Source of the DNA: Bacillota bacterium | GTDB taxonomy: Bacteria > Bacillota > Clostridia > RUG12999 | Length of the DNA: 64,000 nt | NCBI GenBank assembly: GCA_030705675.1 | Contig: JAUZPZ010000001.1 | Location: forward strand, 364 to 64,363 | Reading direction: 5' to 3' | Shown: in pieces, positions 28,811 through 38,447 of the stretch | Position numbering within the stretch: position 1 is the stretch's first letter | Layout of the letters: every line of letters starts with the position of its first letter | Program-made: the position numbers and the translations under genes | The notes under the pieces: generated by a model | Database searches by the model: none | What the model was told of the DNA's origin: nothing | What the model saw: only the letters and a program-made list of their open reading frames with translations

Positions 28811-30041
28811 CCGTCTGCACCTCCTCAAATCTGAGGGTCTTTCCGTTCCGGATGACCAATACGTTTTCGCTTGTACCGACCTGTTCAATGTATCTTTTTA
28901 CAATTACATCGCAGTACTTTTCATCAAGCTCGGCAGTATAACAGATACGCCCGGACTGTTCACAGGCAATAAGCGTAGACCCGCTGCCGCCAAAGGGATC
29001 AAGGACGATGGAGTTCGTAAGTGAGGAGTTCATTATAGGGTAAGCCAGAAGCGGTATCGGTTTCATCGTGGGGTGGTCGCCGTTTTTCTTCGGCTTATCG
29101 AACTCCCAGATGGTAGTTTCCTTTCTGCCGGTGTACCACTGGTGCTTACCGCTTTTTTTCCAACCGTACAGCACCGGCTCATGCTGCCACTGATACGGAG
29201 AGCGTCCGAGTACCAGCGACTGCTTTTTCCAGATGCAGCAACCGGAGAGATAGAGCCCCGCGTCGTCAAAAGCACGACGGAAATTCAACCCCTCGGTGTC
29301 CGCATGGAATACATATATGGATGCATCGTCCGCCATGCAGCTTGCCATATTGGTAAAGGCGTCAAGGAGGAACTGATAAAACTTCTCGTTCGCCATATTG
29401 TCGTTCTTGATTTTTCCGGCGGACCCTTCGTAATTAACGTTATACGGAGGATCGGTCACAACAAGATTTACACGATGGTCGCCGGCAAGAATATCATAGG
29501 TTTCCTTTTGGGTGGAGTCGCCGCAGATAAGCCTGTGCCGTCCGAGCGTCCAAACATCTCCGGATTTTGAGAAGGTCGGCTTTTGCAGTTCTGCATCAAC
29601 GTTGAAATCGTCATCCTTTACCTCGTCATCCTTGCCAAACAAGTCCGTCAGTTCCTTTTCATCAAAACCCGTAAGGCCAAGGTCGAAGCCGAGCCCCTCG
29701 AGTTCTTCCAACTCTATCTTAAGAAGTTCCTCGTCCCATCCGGCATCGAGCGCCATACGGTTATCAGCGAGGATGTATGCTTTCTTCTGCGCATCGGTGA
29801 GGTGGTCGACATATACACATGGAGCCTCAGTGATGCCTTCCTCCATAGCCGCCTGGATTCTGCCGTGTCCGGCTATGACTCCGTAACTGCGGTCGATGAG
29901 GACGGGGTTCACGAAGCCGAATTCTCGTAAAGAAGAGCGGAGCTTTTTTATTTGCTCCGCCGAGTGCGTTCTCGCGTTATTCTGATAAGGTACCAGCTTG
30001 ACGATGGGTACGAGCTGCATCTCAGTCGTTGTCTTGCTCAT
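28797..30041 (-). CDS. ParB-like N-terminal domain fused to an N6/N4 DNA methyltransferase
   Basis: LVPYQNNARTHS ParB-type box, catalytic VVTDPPYNVNY and C-terminal VLDPFGGSGSTLIA SAM-binding motif. Confidence 0.85.
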   Translation of the reverse strand: MSKTTTEMQLVPIVKLVPYQNNARTHSAEQIKKLRSSLREFGFVNPVLIDRSYGVIAGHGRIQAAMEEGITEAPCVYVDHLTDAQKKAYILADNRMALDAGWDEELLKIELEELEGLGFDLGLTGFDEKELTDLFGKDDEVKDDDFNVDAELQKPTFSKSGDVWTLGRHRLICGDSTQKETYDILAGDHRVNLVVTDPPYNVNYEGSAGKIKNDNMANEKFYQFLLDAFTNMASCMADDASIYVFHADTEGLNFRRAFDDAGLYLSGCCIWKKQSLVLGRSPYQWQHEPVLYGWKKSGKHQWYTGRKETTIWEFDKPKKNGDHPTMKPIPLLAYPIMNSSLTNSIVLDPFGGSGSTLIACEQSGRICYTAELDEKYCDVIVKRYIEQVGTSENVLVIRNGKTLRFEEVQTDGTE

Positions 30042-31191
30042 GCTTTTTCACCGCCTTTCTTAGCTCCTGCGAACATTGATTCCACTCCCATCTCTCGCAC
30101 CCGCCGAAGTGACCGTAGGTTGATGTTGCGGAATAATTCGTGTCTTTCAGCTTTAGGAATTCAATAATTGCAGCGGGACGGAAGTTGAATGTATCAATGA
30201 CAGCATTTCTGATTGTCGTATCGGTATACCTCCCAGTACCGAATGTATCTACCTGAACGGCGACAGGGTCAGCCTTGCCGATGGCATAGGAAACAGCTAC
30301 CTGGCACTTATCGGCAAGACCGCTCTGAACAACAGATACGGCAACGCATCTCGCCATATATGCAGCCGAGCGGTCGACCTTGGTGGGGTCTTTGCCGGAA
30401 AATGCTCCGCCGCCGTGCGCTCCTTCTCCGCCGTAGGTGTCAACGATTATCTTTCTGCCGGTCAGACCTGTGTCTGCAGCTGGGCCGCCCCTAACAAATC
30501 TGCCGGATGGGTTGACGAGTATTTCCGTATCATTATCAAAAGGAAAATCCTCAAACACCGGCCACAGGACATTGGCGATTACTTCGCTACGGAGAACATC
30601 GAGGTCTTTGTCCTCGGAATGCTGAACGGAAACCACAATGGTCTTTACACACACGGGCTTTCCGTCCTCGTACTGAATGGTCACCTGTGCCTTACCGTCG
30701 GAAAAGATACCTTTGATGGTACCGTCCGAGCGAACCTTGTCGAGCCGTTTGCAAATCTGATGAGCAAGTTCCAGCGGCAGAGGTATAAGGCTTTTGGTTT
30801 CATTGGTAGCGTAGCCGTAAACCGTACCTTGATCGCCGGCACCGATGGTGGAGTACCAAGAAGTGTCTCCGTTTCTTGACTCAAGGGCTCTGGACACGCC
30901 GCCGTCAATGTCCTCCGACTGTTTATGTACATATACATAAATAAGGTACCCAAGCGGATTGTATCCGGCTTTTCGCAGTGCCTGTCTTGTGACAAACCTT
31001 ATATCCACACGCTTTGAGCAGGTGATTTCGCCCGCTACGATAATTTTGTGTCCCGTCGCTATGACCTCACAGGCTACGCGGGATGATTTATCAAGCCGCA
31101 GGCATTCGTCCAGAATGCTGTCGGCAATAAGGTCACACAGTTTATCTGGGTGACCGATGCATACGCTTTCGCAGGTTTTATATGTTATCAT
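30022..31191 (-). CDS. metK: S-adenosylmethionine synthetase (phage-encoded MetK homologue)
   Basis: ESVCIGHPDKLCDLIADSILD, GAGDQGTVYGYA, GGPAADTGLTGRKIIVDTYGG, GGGAFSGKDPTKVDRSAAY motifs; ATG at 31191 follows the TerS stop. Confidence 0.85.
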   Translation of the reverse strand: MITYKTCESVCIGHPDKLCDLIADSILDECLRLDKSSRVACEVIATGHKIIVAGEITCSKRVDIRFVTRQALRKAGYNPLGYLIYVYVHKQSEDIDGGVSRALESRNGDTSWYSTIGAGDQGTVYGYATNETKSLIPLPLELAHQICKRLDKVRSDGTIKGIFSDGKAQVTIQYEDGKPVCVKTIVVSVQHSEDKDLDVLRSEVIANVLWPVFEDFPFDNDTEILVNPSGRFVRGGPAADTGLTGRKIIVDTYGGEGAHGGGAFSGKDPTKVDRSAAYMARCVAVSVVQSGLADKCQVAVSYAIGKADPVAVQVDTFGTGRYTDTTIRNAVIDTFNFRPAAIIEFLKLKDTNYSATSTYGHFGGCERWEWNQCSQELRKAVKKHEQDND

Positions 31192-31192
31192 G

Positions 31193-31741
31193 TTAAAACC
31201 CCTTTCTCTGATGAAGCAGTCGTTCCAAATCATCATTAGGGTTTGCGCCGCTGAAATCCATGGTACAATTCTCCTTGACGATTTGCATGATGGCATCCCA
31301 CTGACGGGCTGCCTGGTTCATATAGTTGATTCCGATGTTTATAAACGGAGATGCAATCGGCTTTCCGGTTGTCGGATGTTTTGAGAGAAACCCGAGTTCG
31401 TTGGTCATCACCTCACATTGAAGCCATCGCGCCACGCACATGGCGTACCGCTCTATTGTCTGGGGAGATACATAAGCAGCACAACCGATATTGCTGAGCC
31501 ACTGCCATGTTTCCTCGTATAACTCTTTTGCGCGCAGCTCAGTACCGTCGCGCTGTTTTGCCGATAGGATGTCTTTCGGTTTCGGCATCGCCGCCCCCTC
31601 AACATCGGGAATATCCAGAACGGTCAGTTTTCTGCCACCCGGATTGCCGTTTAAGGCTTTTTCGGTCACAGCCTTTTTCTTGCGTCCGGCACCGGGTCTT
31701 TTTCCGCCCTGTCCGCCGGTATTATTCGATTTTGTCGGCAT
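31193..31741 (-). CDS. terS: Terminase small subunit (P27 family-like)
   Basis: Start MPTKSNNTGGQGGKRPGAGRKKK...NGNPGGRKL, a pattern typical of P27-family TerS; lies downstream of the HNH gene. Confidence 0.75.
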   Translation of the reverse strand: MPTKSNNTGGQGGKRPGAGRKKKAVTEKALNGNPGGRKLTVLDIPDVEGAAMPKPKDILSAKQRDGTELRAKELYEETWQWLSNIGCAAYVSPQTIERYAMCVARWLQCEVMTNELGFLSKHPTTGKPIASPFINIGINYMNQAARQWDAIMQIVKENCTMDFSGANPNDDLERLLHQRKGF

Positions 31742-31851
31742 TTTGTCACCGCCTTCCATATCACCCTTTTGATTTCGCTTTTTATTCACACGAAGCCCTG
31801 CGCCGTTTCCACTGTTTCAAAACCGTAGCGATGTGACCGCCCCTTGGTCTG

Positions 31852-32223
31852 TCAAAAGTCAAAACGATGCGGCTTTCGTGTTCCAAGTTCACCATGTGCC
31901 TTCAAGTGGCATGAACGGCAGAGAGACACGAGGTTGGTTCGTTCATGTGTTCCACCCTCTGAGAGCGGAGTGCGATGGTGGACTTCCTCCGCCAAATGGT
32001 AGATACCGTGTTTCAAGCACTCCTCGCACATAGGAGACTCACGGATTTTTCTGTCTCTGATCCGTTTCCAGGCGCGTCCGTACACATTCTTGTCGGTAGG
32101 GCGCTGGTATCGGTTATAGAAATGTTCAGCTTCCGTTTTATGTTCCGGGCAGTAAATCTCACCGTCACCGGCAAGGTTAGGGCAGCCGTTCATTCGGCAG
32201 GGTCGTTTGGGACTCTTTGGCAT
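31852..32223 (-). CDS. HNH endonuclease (packaging-associated)
   Basis: CEEC...EVHHRTPLSEGGTHERTNLVSLCRSCH HNH motif; adjacent to terS. Confidence 0.85.
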   Translation of the reverse strand: MPKSPKRPCRMNGCPNLAGDGEIYCPEHKTEAEHFYNRYQRPTDKNVYGRAWKRIRDRKIRESPMCEECLKHGIYHLAEEVHHRTPLSEGGTHERTNLVSLCRSCHLKAHGELGTRKPHRFDF

Positions 32224-32365
32224 TAATAGACCTCCTTTCGGGCAAAACAAAAGCCCCCACAGAATTGCGTCCGTGAAGGCTTCATTTCATTCTTCTTTGC
32301 TGATTATATCATATCATAAAGGCAAGGTGGATATCTACGGACAAAGCAGGACATTTCGGGCGCGT

Positions 32366-32791
32366 TTATATTTTTATCGGGTTTTCCGGTACCTTTACAT
32401 TCTGCAAAGCCTCACCGTGCCAGCGACGGACGGTTCTCGCGTCGGCATTCAATTCATTGCCGATCTGCTCCCAGGTGCAGTTGTGGATGTAGCGGTATCG
32501 GAGAACGAGGCGTTCATCCGTGTTTTGTACCATTTCGATTACGGTGCGGATTTCTTTCTTGAGTCCTACAAGGGTGTCGATTTCCTTGTTTATGATTTGC
32601 TCTAGGTCCATAATCTTCTCAAGGCAATGTACGAACGGTGCTTCGGTACTGCGTGTGCCTTGTACCTTTTCACCCCAAGAGGGAGAAGAAATACTGGTTG
32701 CCATTTCACGGAGCCTTGAGATTTCCTCAATGTTGGAGTTGATTCGTTGGTCGAGTCGGTATGCCTGACTCAAATATTCCTTTGCCGTCAT
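32366..32791 (-). CDS. DUF1492 / sigma-70 region 4-like late transcription regulator
   Basis: 141 aa, C-terminal RLVLRYRYIHNCTWEQIGNELNADARTVRRWHGEAL HTH; lies just upstream of the packaging genes. Confidence 0.7.
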   Translation of the reverse strand: MTAKEYLSQAYRLDQRINSNIEEISRLREMATSISSPSWGEKVQGTRSTEAPFVHCLEKIMDLEQIINKEIDTLVGLKKEIRTVIEMVQNTDERLVLRYRYIHNCTWEQIGNELNADARTVRRWHGEALQNVKVPENPIKI

Positions 32792-32792
32792 A

Positions 32793-33014
32793 TCAGCACA
32801 CCTCCTCGTTCAGCTTCCGCATCAGTATCTCACCGTCAACCGATGTAAGGGTCTGATACCAGGAAGAACGGAAGAACCTCTCACAATCATTCTTCACAGA
32901 CCTCGCGTCCGAACGCCTCGGATGCTTTTTCAATGTACGCAATGCATCACGGTAATCCTTGACCGCTTGCAGGACGATGGCATTTGCCAGGTTTTCATAA
33001 ATGGATTTAATCAT
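32793..33014 (-). CDS. Hypothetical small phage protein
   Basis: 73 aa ORF with tight spacing in the operon. Confidence 0.5.
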   Translation of the reverse strand: MIKSIYENLANAIVLQAVKDYRDALRTLKKHPRRSDARSVKNDCERFFRSSWYQTLTSVDGEILMRKLNEEVC

Positions 33015-33071
33015 ATCTATACCTCCGAAAAATAAATTTTTCGATGAGGCATTGCTGCATTGATTATTGAA

Positions 33072-33353
33072 TCATTGTAATTTTGCAAGTACGGATTTAA
33101 CTTCGTCCACCGAATGCACAACCACGGCAATACCGCCGCAGGCTTGAATTTTCCGGATGGCCGATTCCTGTAGTGGTGTGGTTTTACCGCTTTCGGTTTT
33201 CACTTCGAAGGACACGAACTTACCGCGATAACAGCAGATGATGTCCGGAATGCCAGCTGTTCCGTACATACCGCCATGTTCCTTCCAGAAAAAGCAGTCC
33301 TTCAAGGATTTCAGATATCTTTGTATAGCTTTTACGATATCCGCTTCTTTCAT
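33072..33353 (-). CDS. VRR-NUC domain nuclease
   Basis: 93 aa, GIPDIICCYRGKFVSFEVKTESGKTTPLQ (PD-(D/E)xK-type D...E-x-K). Confidence 0.8.
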   Translation of the reverse strand: MKEADIVKAIQRYLKSLKDCFFWKEHGGMYGTAGIPDIICCYRGKFVSFEVKTESGKTTPLQESAIRKIQACGGIAVVVHSVDEVKSVLAKLQ

Positions 33354-33380
33354 GTCAAATTCACCTCCGATATCAAGGGA

Positions 33381-33512
33381 TTTGACACATTTGACGCTTA
33401 TTTTCTATTTTCACAATTTTATATGCACGAATATGTAATACAGAAATTCTATATATTCATGCATACATATATAGGAATATAGGATTTTGGCGTCAAATGC
33501 GTCAAGCGTCAA
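33381..33512. repeat. TTGAC(G/A)C / GCGTCAA iteron-like repeats flanking an AT-rich core
   Basis: TTTGACAC 33381-88 and TTGACGC 33391-97 face GCGTCAA x3 at 33490-96, 33499-505 and 33506-12, across ~90 nt of AT-rich DNA. Confidence 0.45.
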
Positions 33513-33518
33513 ATTTGG

Positions 33519-36005
33519 TTATGCCAGAATCTTACCGAGCCGAATGCCCGTGAGAATCCGACGTCTGCCGGTTGTGTCGATGCCTTTTGCTATTGTGGGA
33601 TACGAAGTTGTGAGTTGTCCGACAAAGGCTTTCTGAGAGTATGGTTTTAAGCCACATTCTTCGCAGTAGTTTTTATAGGTGTTGAATATTTCCGTTGAGC
33701 CAACCTCGTAAGAAACATCAATCTCGCAGCACTCTTTCACGAAGGAAAGAACACTGTCACTGTCCTCACGGTACTTTTGCAGTTCCGCACGATTGATGTC
33801 GGTTTCATCAAAGTTATAGCCGGAGATAAGCAGTTTTTTGAGTCCCGCCAGAGCGAACATAAATATCCCGTCAGCTTCATCTCGAAATTTATCAATGAGA
33901 TGTGGGTCACGCTTGTCCGGCGGCACAGTATGATTGAACCTAATGATGATGAGTCTGCGGTAAAACCCCTCGGAGCGGTCACCGTAATTTTTCGGAATAC
34001 TGTTACAGGAGAACAGAAGTCTTGCTGTGCTTTGAAAAGAGAACGGATTTTTGTTTTTCTTTTCCACGGTGAGATAATCTTCACCGACTAGCGCCTTGAA
34101 AATGCCGTTGTCATCAATGTTTTTCGTAGGCAGATCTGCGAAGATGTTTGCAAGTTTTCCGAAGAGTTCCGCAGTTTTGAACCGCTCGTTCAGCGCCTGC
34201 CAGGATACATTAGACACATTCTTTTTGCCGAGTAATATTTCGTTTAACACACGGAGAAGCACGGACTTTCCAGCACCTCCCGCACCGACGACTACAAAGC
34301 ATTTTTGTGCCGAGTTTATCGGAATGAGAAAGTAGCCGAGCATCTCCTGTATCAACTGAACTTGCCCCATATCACCGTCCATAGACTCCGCAAGAAACTG
34401 CTCGAACCGAGGACATTTTGCGTCCCGGTCATAGGACACACCGAGTTGCACCGTAGAACAGTAATCGGGCGAATGGTCGGTCAGCGTATCTTCGAGTACA
34501 TTGTAAAGTCCGTTGCGTAGATTAATGATAAATGGGTTTGCGTTTAGGTCCCGGATATTCTTTTGTACTTGCAGCCGCCACTGATGTTCGGCATCCATGA
34601 TTTGATTCATCTTCGTTTCACGGGGTATCATTGCCTTTTGAACCTTGTGCTGTGCTTCCATTTCCGTCATTTCGCTGTAAACGCCTCCGCCGTAAAGGTA
34701 ATAATCCTCGGCGGCATAAAAGACTCGCTCGGTTGCCACCATTTGTTCGGCAAGAACACCGGGAAGGAACTTCAGTCCCTTTTCTGTAAATTCATACCAC
34801 TCAGGGACGGTCATTGTCGCTTTGCTTCTTCGTGCACTTGCCGCCGACTCATAGGCTTTATTAACATCCCGGTACATTGCGATTAGCGGTCGCATAAATG
34901 CTGACTTGAACTTGAAATGGTCTTTGAGGTCATAGTTGATAACAGACTCGGCTGTGATGCTGTCCTGATTGTATAGATAATCCTCGATAAAGGCTTTTGC
35001 CGTCTGTGCATCGTCAAGAACATTTCCGACAACGGGCAAGGTGCCGAGAATAGCACGAATACCGTCTGTTGAGAGGGGTTTATAGCAAAGACCCGCCGGA
35101 GATTTGCACGCACATTCACCGCTTGCGAGTTTCGGACAACGAAACCCTTTCTCGACTATTGTCGAACAGTTCATCGGCTTTGTGCCACTCGCGAAAAAAT
35201 GATTGATTTTCTTCTGCGTGGTCTGCTCGTTGTAGGCGGGATACGGCTTTGAAAGTGCGTGTATCAGATCTGTTCCGCCCTCAAAACAAGCAATATTAGA
35301 AATCATTGCATACCAGTCATGTTCGGAGAGCCCGGCGGCATTTAAACGGCAGTATTTTATGAAATCACATTCTGCCTCGAGAATTTTCAAGCCTTTCTGT
35401 GAACCTTGCTTTTTCTCCGGCAGAGTGGCGTCTTCTGACTCAGGAAGTGCATCAGAAAGTTCTGCTTGTGTGTATTTGCGTTCGGGGTGAAACGAAATGC
35501 ATTCCACCGCTATCGGGTCGGCTTTGCAATGATTAAAACCGGGCAACCGCATCACACGACTTTCGTTTACACACATCGGGTCACCGTGAAAGTGCGCTAC
35601 CAATTGCTTTTGTATGGTGCGGAATCGTTCTACAATAGCATTTTTCATAAACCAGTAGGTATGGAGCGACTTGCGTGTTTTTATAATCATTGAGGGCGGC
35701 AGCGGAAAGGCATCAATCAGTTTCTGCTGTTCTTCAAAAGATAGATCATCCATCTCTACGAACTGGGCGTTGATGCGGCTGATGGCCGTGTCCTCCTGAC
35801 CGCCGTAATTTACCACGAAGAAGACACCGCGATTCTTTTCGTTATGCTCCTTCAGCTTCGGTTCAAAAGCAAGATATTTTCCGGCTTCGCATTCCAACTT
35901 TGCGCCGGAAAACACACCGCCTTTTTTATCATCGAATACTCTGAAACACACAACATCATCCGGGTTAAAGAGACTTCCGATAACTTCATTTGCCGTTACG
36001 GACAT
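33519..36005 (-). CDS. DNA primase/helicase (primase-polymerase N-terminal region plus P4/D5-type NTPase)
   Basis: 828 aa; Walker A VVVGAGGAGKSVLL, Walker B-like LFSCNS; N-terminal prim-pol-like region. Confidence 0.8.
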   Translation of the reverse strand: MSVTANEVIGSLFNPDDVVCFRVFDDKKGGVFSGAKLECEAGKYLAFEPKLKEHNEKNRGVFFVVNYGGQEDTAISRINAQFVEMDDLSFEEQQKLIDAFPLPPSMIIKTRKSLHTYWFMKNAIVERFRTIQKQLVAHFHGDPMCVNESRVMRLPGFNHCKADPIAVECISFHPERKYTQAELSDALPESEDATLPEKKQGSQKGLKILEAECDFIKYCRLNAAGLSEHDWYAMISNIACFEGGTDLIHALSKPYPAYNEQTTQKKINHFFASGTKPMNCSTIVEKGFRCPKLASGECACKSPAGLCYKPLSTDGIRAILGTLPVVGNVLDDAQTAKAFIEDYLYNQDSITAESVINYDLKDHFKFKSAFMRPLIAMYRDVNKAYESAASARRSKATMTVPEWYEFTEKGLKFLPGVLAEQMVATERVFYAAEDYYLYGGGVYSEMTEMEAQHKVQKAMIPRETKMNQIMDAEHQWRLQVQKNIRDLNANPFIINLRNGLYNVLEDTLTDHSPDYCSTVQLGVSYDRDAKCPRFEQFLAESMDGDMGQVQLIQEMLGYFLIPINSAQKCFVVVGAGGAGKSVLLRVLNEILLGKKNVSNVSWQALNERFKTAELFGKLANIFADLPTKNIDDNGIFKALVGEDYLTVEKKNKNPFSFQSTARLLFSCNSIPKNYGDRSEGFYRRLIIIRFNHTVPPDKRDPHLIDKFRDEADGIFMFALAGLKKLLISGYNFDETDINRAELQKYREDSDSVLSFVKECCEIDVSYEVGSTEIFNTYKNYCEECGLKPYSQKAFVGQLTTSYPTIAKGIDTTGRRRILTGIRLGKILA

Positions 36006-36451
36006 AGGTCTGACACCTCCTTATAGTCTTTATCAAAAAATCGAATCGTCTTGTTTTGCCGTTTTGCCTCGAAAATCTCGTTTTTCATTCCCTCGGAGAA
36101 TTTAGAGCCGAAAACCCATACCTCGCGACAAGTGTGAAGAAGTGAAAGACCGAACAATGTCCCGAGTTCCCGCTCTGTGGGATTATCATCATTCAACATC
36201 TGCGGATAAAGCAGATGACTTGCTATCGGTATTCTTTTTCGGCTGATTGCAAAACGGCAATAATTAATAGCATCAGCGGTATTCTGCGCGATGTCACCGG
36301 CATATTTTGAAACGATGTATACTTTGGTGCGGCATTTGATTTCGTTTTGTCTGCGGTAATTCTCACGCACGGCTTGTCTGTACTCGCGCATGATATTTGC
36401 CATTGCTTCACCCTCGGTCGGTGAGGCATAACCTTCGCTGTTTTTATACAT
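35996..36451 (-). CDS. DUF4406 / nucleoside 2-deoxyribosyltransferase-like protein
   Basis: Start MYKNSEG overlaps the PolA stop (ATGTATAA); KVYIVSKYAGD...ASHLLYPQ...EVWVFG pattern. Confidence 0.6.
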   Translation of the reverse strand: MYKNSEGYASPTEGEAMANIMREYRQAVRENYRRQNEIKCRTKVYIVSKYAGDIAQNTADAINYCRFAISRKRIPIASHLLYPQMLNDDNPTERELGTLFGLSLLHTCREVWVFGSKFSEGMKNEIFEAKRQNKTIRFFDKDYKEVSDLCP

Positions 36452-38375
36452 CGTCGAGTTCCTCCATTTCTCCGAAGGTTTCACCGCAAGAAGCCTCTGC
36501 CACAAGCGGCAGGTCAAACTCGGGGAATGGCTGCGTCTCCATACATTTCTTAATGAAAGATACCGCTTCGGAAAGTCTGTCCTTCGAAATGATAAAGGTC
36601 AATTCATCGTGAATCTGCAAAATCGGACGCATCCAGGTTCTTTGCGGTAACCCCTCAAGGATACGAACAATAGCCAGTTTCAAAATATCTGCCGCCGTAC
36701 CTTGAATCGGTGTGTTCAGGGAGCAACGTTCAGCAAATGATTTAACACCCCAATCCTTACTACCGATACCGGACAGATACCTGCGACGACCGAGCCATGT
36801 TTCTGAGTACATTCGTTTTGTCGCCTGCGCCTTCGTGTCTTCCTGCCATGTTGTCAACCCACGATATCCCGTTTTAAGATTGTCGATGATGCGAGCGCAT
36901 TCCGGGAGCGGCAGGTTTACTCCGGCTTTGAACTTCAATGTTTTCTGGAGTCCGTTCGGAAACAACCCATAAAAGGTTCCGAAGTTGACGTTCTTGGCAA
37001 TGGTTCGATGTTCCTTGTAATCGGGGAAACGCTTGTCCTGTGCCTGTTCGTAAGTAACACCAAAGATAACGCTTGTCGTAGCAGCATGAATATCGCCTCC
37101 GTTTCGGTATGTTTCCATCATCACTTTGTCACGGCAGTAGAATGCTCCGACTCGTAATTCTATCTGTGAAAAATCGAGGGACAAAATGAGATGTCCATCG
37201 GGTGCCTTGATAAAATTACGAACGCCTACGGGGTCATTGGTTTTTCTCGGCATATTCTGTGCATTGGGGTTACGGCAGTTCATTCTTCCCGTATCCGTCG
37301 AGAGGGAGAATAAATCAGGATGAATGCAGTCGGTAACGATATTACGGTACTTGAAATAACCGTCAATGTAGGTGGATACGATTTTATTCCACTTGCGGTA
37401 TTCCGTAACCAGGGAGAAAAGCGGTACAAGTTCCGGCTTGTTTTCGGCGCACCATTCCGCAAGTAACTGCATAGCCTGATCGTCTGCGGCTTCACGGTTT
37501 GATGCGGTGTTTTTCAGTACGGGAAGTTTTAGGGTGCTGAACAAATACTTTTTGAATGCGTTAGTACCGCAGTTTGCTCCGATATCAATGTCGCCGATAA
37601 GAAAGGCTATTTTTTCTCGGATTTGAGCCATCTCTTTTTCGGCTTCGGCTTTTCGTTCTTCCATCAGTTTAAGGTTAAGCGGCACCCCGTTGTATTTCAT
37701 AATACCGAGATACACAGCGGTCGGAGATTCGATTTCTTCCACGATATATCTGTGTTTCGGCAGCATACGGTCAAACCAGTTATTGAACTTGTAGTAAAGC
37801 CGCAAAGAGTAATCCGAGTCGGCAGAACCGTAACGAATAGTTTCGGAATCCTGGGCATCCAATTCATCAAAGTACTTTCCGTCCGTAACATCGGAGAAAG
37901 ACGGCAACGGCTCATGATACAATTCTTCAACCAACTTTTTCAGCCCGCTGTCGGAGAGGGTGCGGAATTCGGTATTGTTTTTGAGTGTCATCTGGGAAGC
38001 AGCAATCGTGTCATATACCGGCGACAGAATAACAATGCCGAGCGCATAAGACATCTGTGACTCAAACGCAAGATTGTGTGCCACTTTGATGATTGTGGTA
38101 TCTGAAAGGAATGCTCGCAAAAACGAAATAAAATCATCGTAGTCAATATTCGTGCCGATTTTATGTGCTACGGGGACATAAATGCCGGAATCGATGGCAA
38201 CGGAGAAACTGCAACCGACAATATGTGCTTTGTGGGCATCAAGAGCTGCTCTGTCGTCTGTGCGATATTTCTCATCGGGAGCTGTTTCATAGTCGAAAGC
38301 CACAATGCGGCATTCGCCGATATATTCTTTGATGCCGACCACAGTTATGACGCATCTGTAATTATTTTGATTCAT
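36444..38375 (-). CDS. Family A DNA polymerase with 3'-5' exonuclease domain
   Basis: FDYETA exo motif; pol motifs LDFSQIELRV, RTIAKNVNFGTFYG and QIHDEL. Confidence 0.9.
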   Translation of the reverse strand: MNQNNYRCVITVVGIKEYIGECRIVAFDYETAPDEKYRTDDRAALDAHKAHIVGCSFSVAIDSGIYVPVAHKIGTNIDYDDFISFLRAFLSDTTIIKVAHNLAFESQMSYALGIVILSPVYDTIAASQMTLKNNTEFRTLSDSGLKKLVEELYHEPLPSFSDVTDGKYFDELDAQDSETIRYGSADSDYSLRLYYKFNNWFDRMLPKHRYIVEEIESPTAVYLGIMKYNGVPLNLKLMEERKAEAEKEMAQIREKIAFLIGDIDIGANCGTNAFKKYLFSTLKLPVLKNTASNREAADDQAMQLLAEWCAENKPELVPLFSLVTEYRKWNKIVSTYIDGYFKYRNIVTDCIHPDLFSLSTDTGRMNCRNPNAQNMPRKTNDPVGVRNFIKAPDGHLILSLDFSQIELRVGAFYCRDKVMMETYRNGGDIHAATTSVIFGVTYEQAQDKRFPDYKEHRTIAKNVNFGTFYGLFPNGLQKTLKFKAGVNLPLPECARIIDNLKTGYRGLTTWQEDTKAQATKRMYSETWLGRRRYLSGIGSKDWGVKSFAERCSLNTPIQGTAADILKLAIVRILEGLPQRTWMRPILQIHDELTFIISKDRLSEAVSFIKKCMETQPFPEFDLPLVAEASCGETFGEMEELDDV

Positions 38376-38447
38376 ATCATTAATGCTCCTGTTTTATAAA
38401 ATGACCGACGGCGGACTTATTGGCATTGCCACCATCGGTTGATTTGG

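Noticed and set aside
31852-32223. HNH endonuclease next to terS as something unusual
   Set aside because: HNH-terS-terL association is a well-known feature of cos-type HK97-like phages, so this is ordinary.
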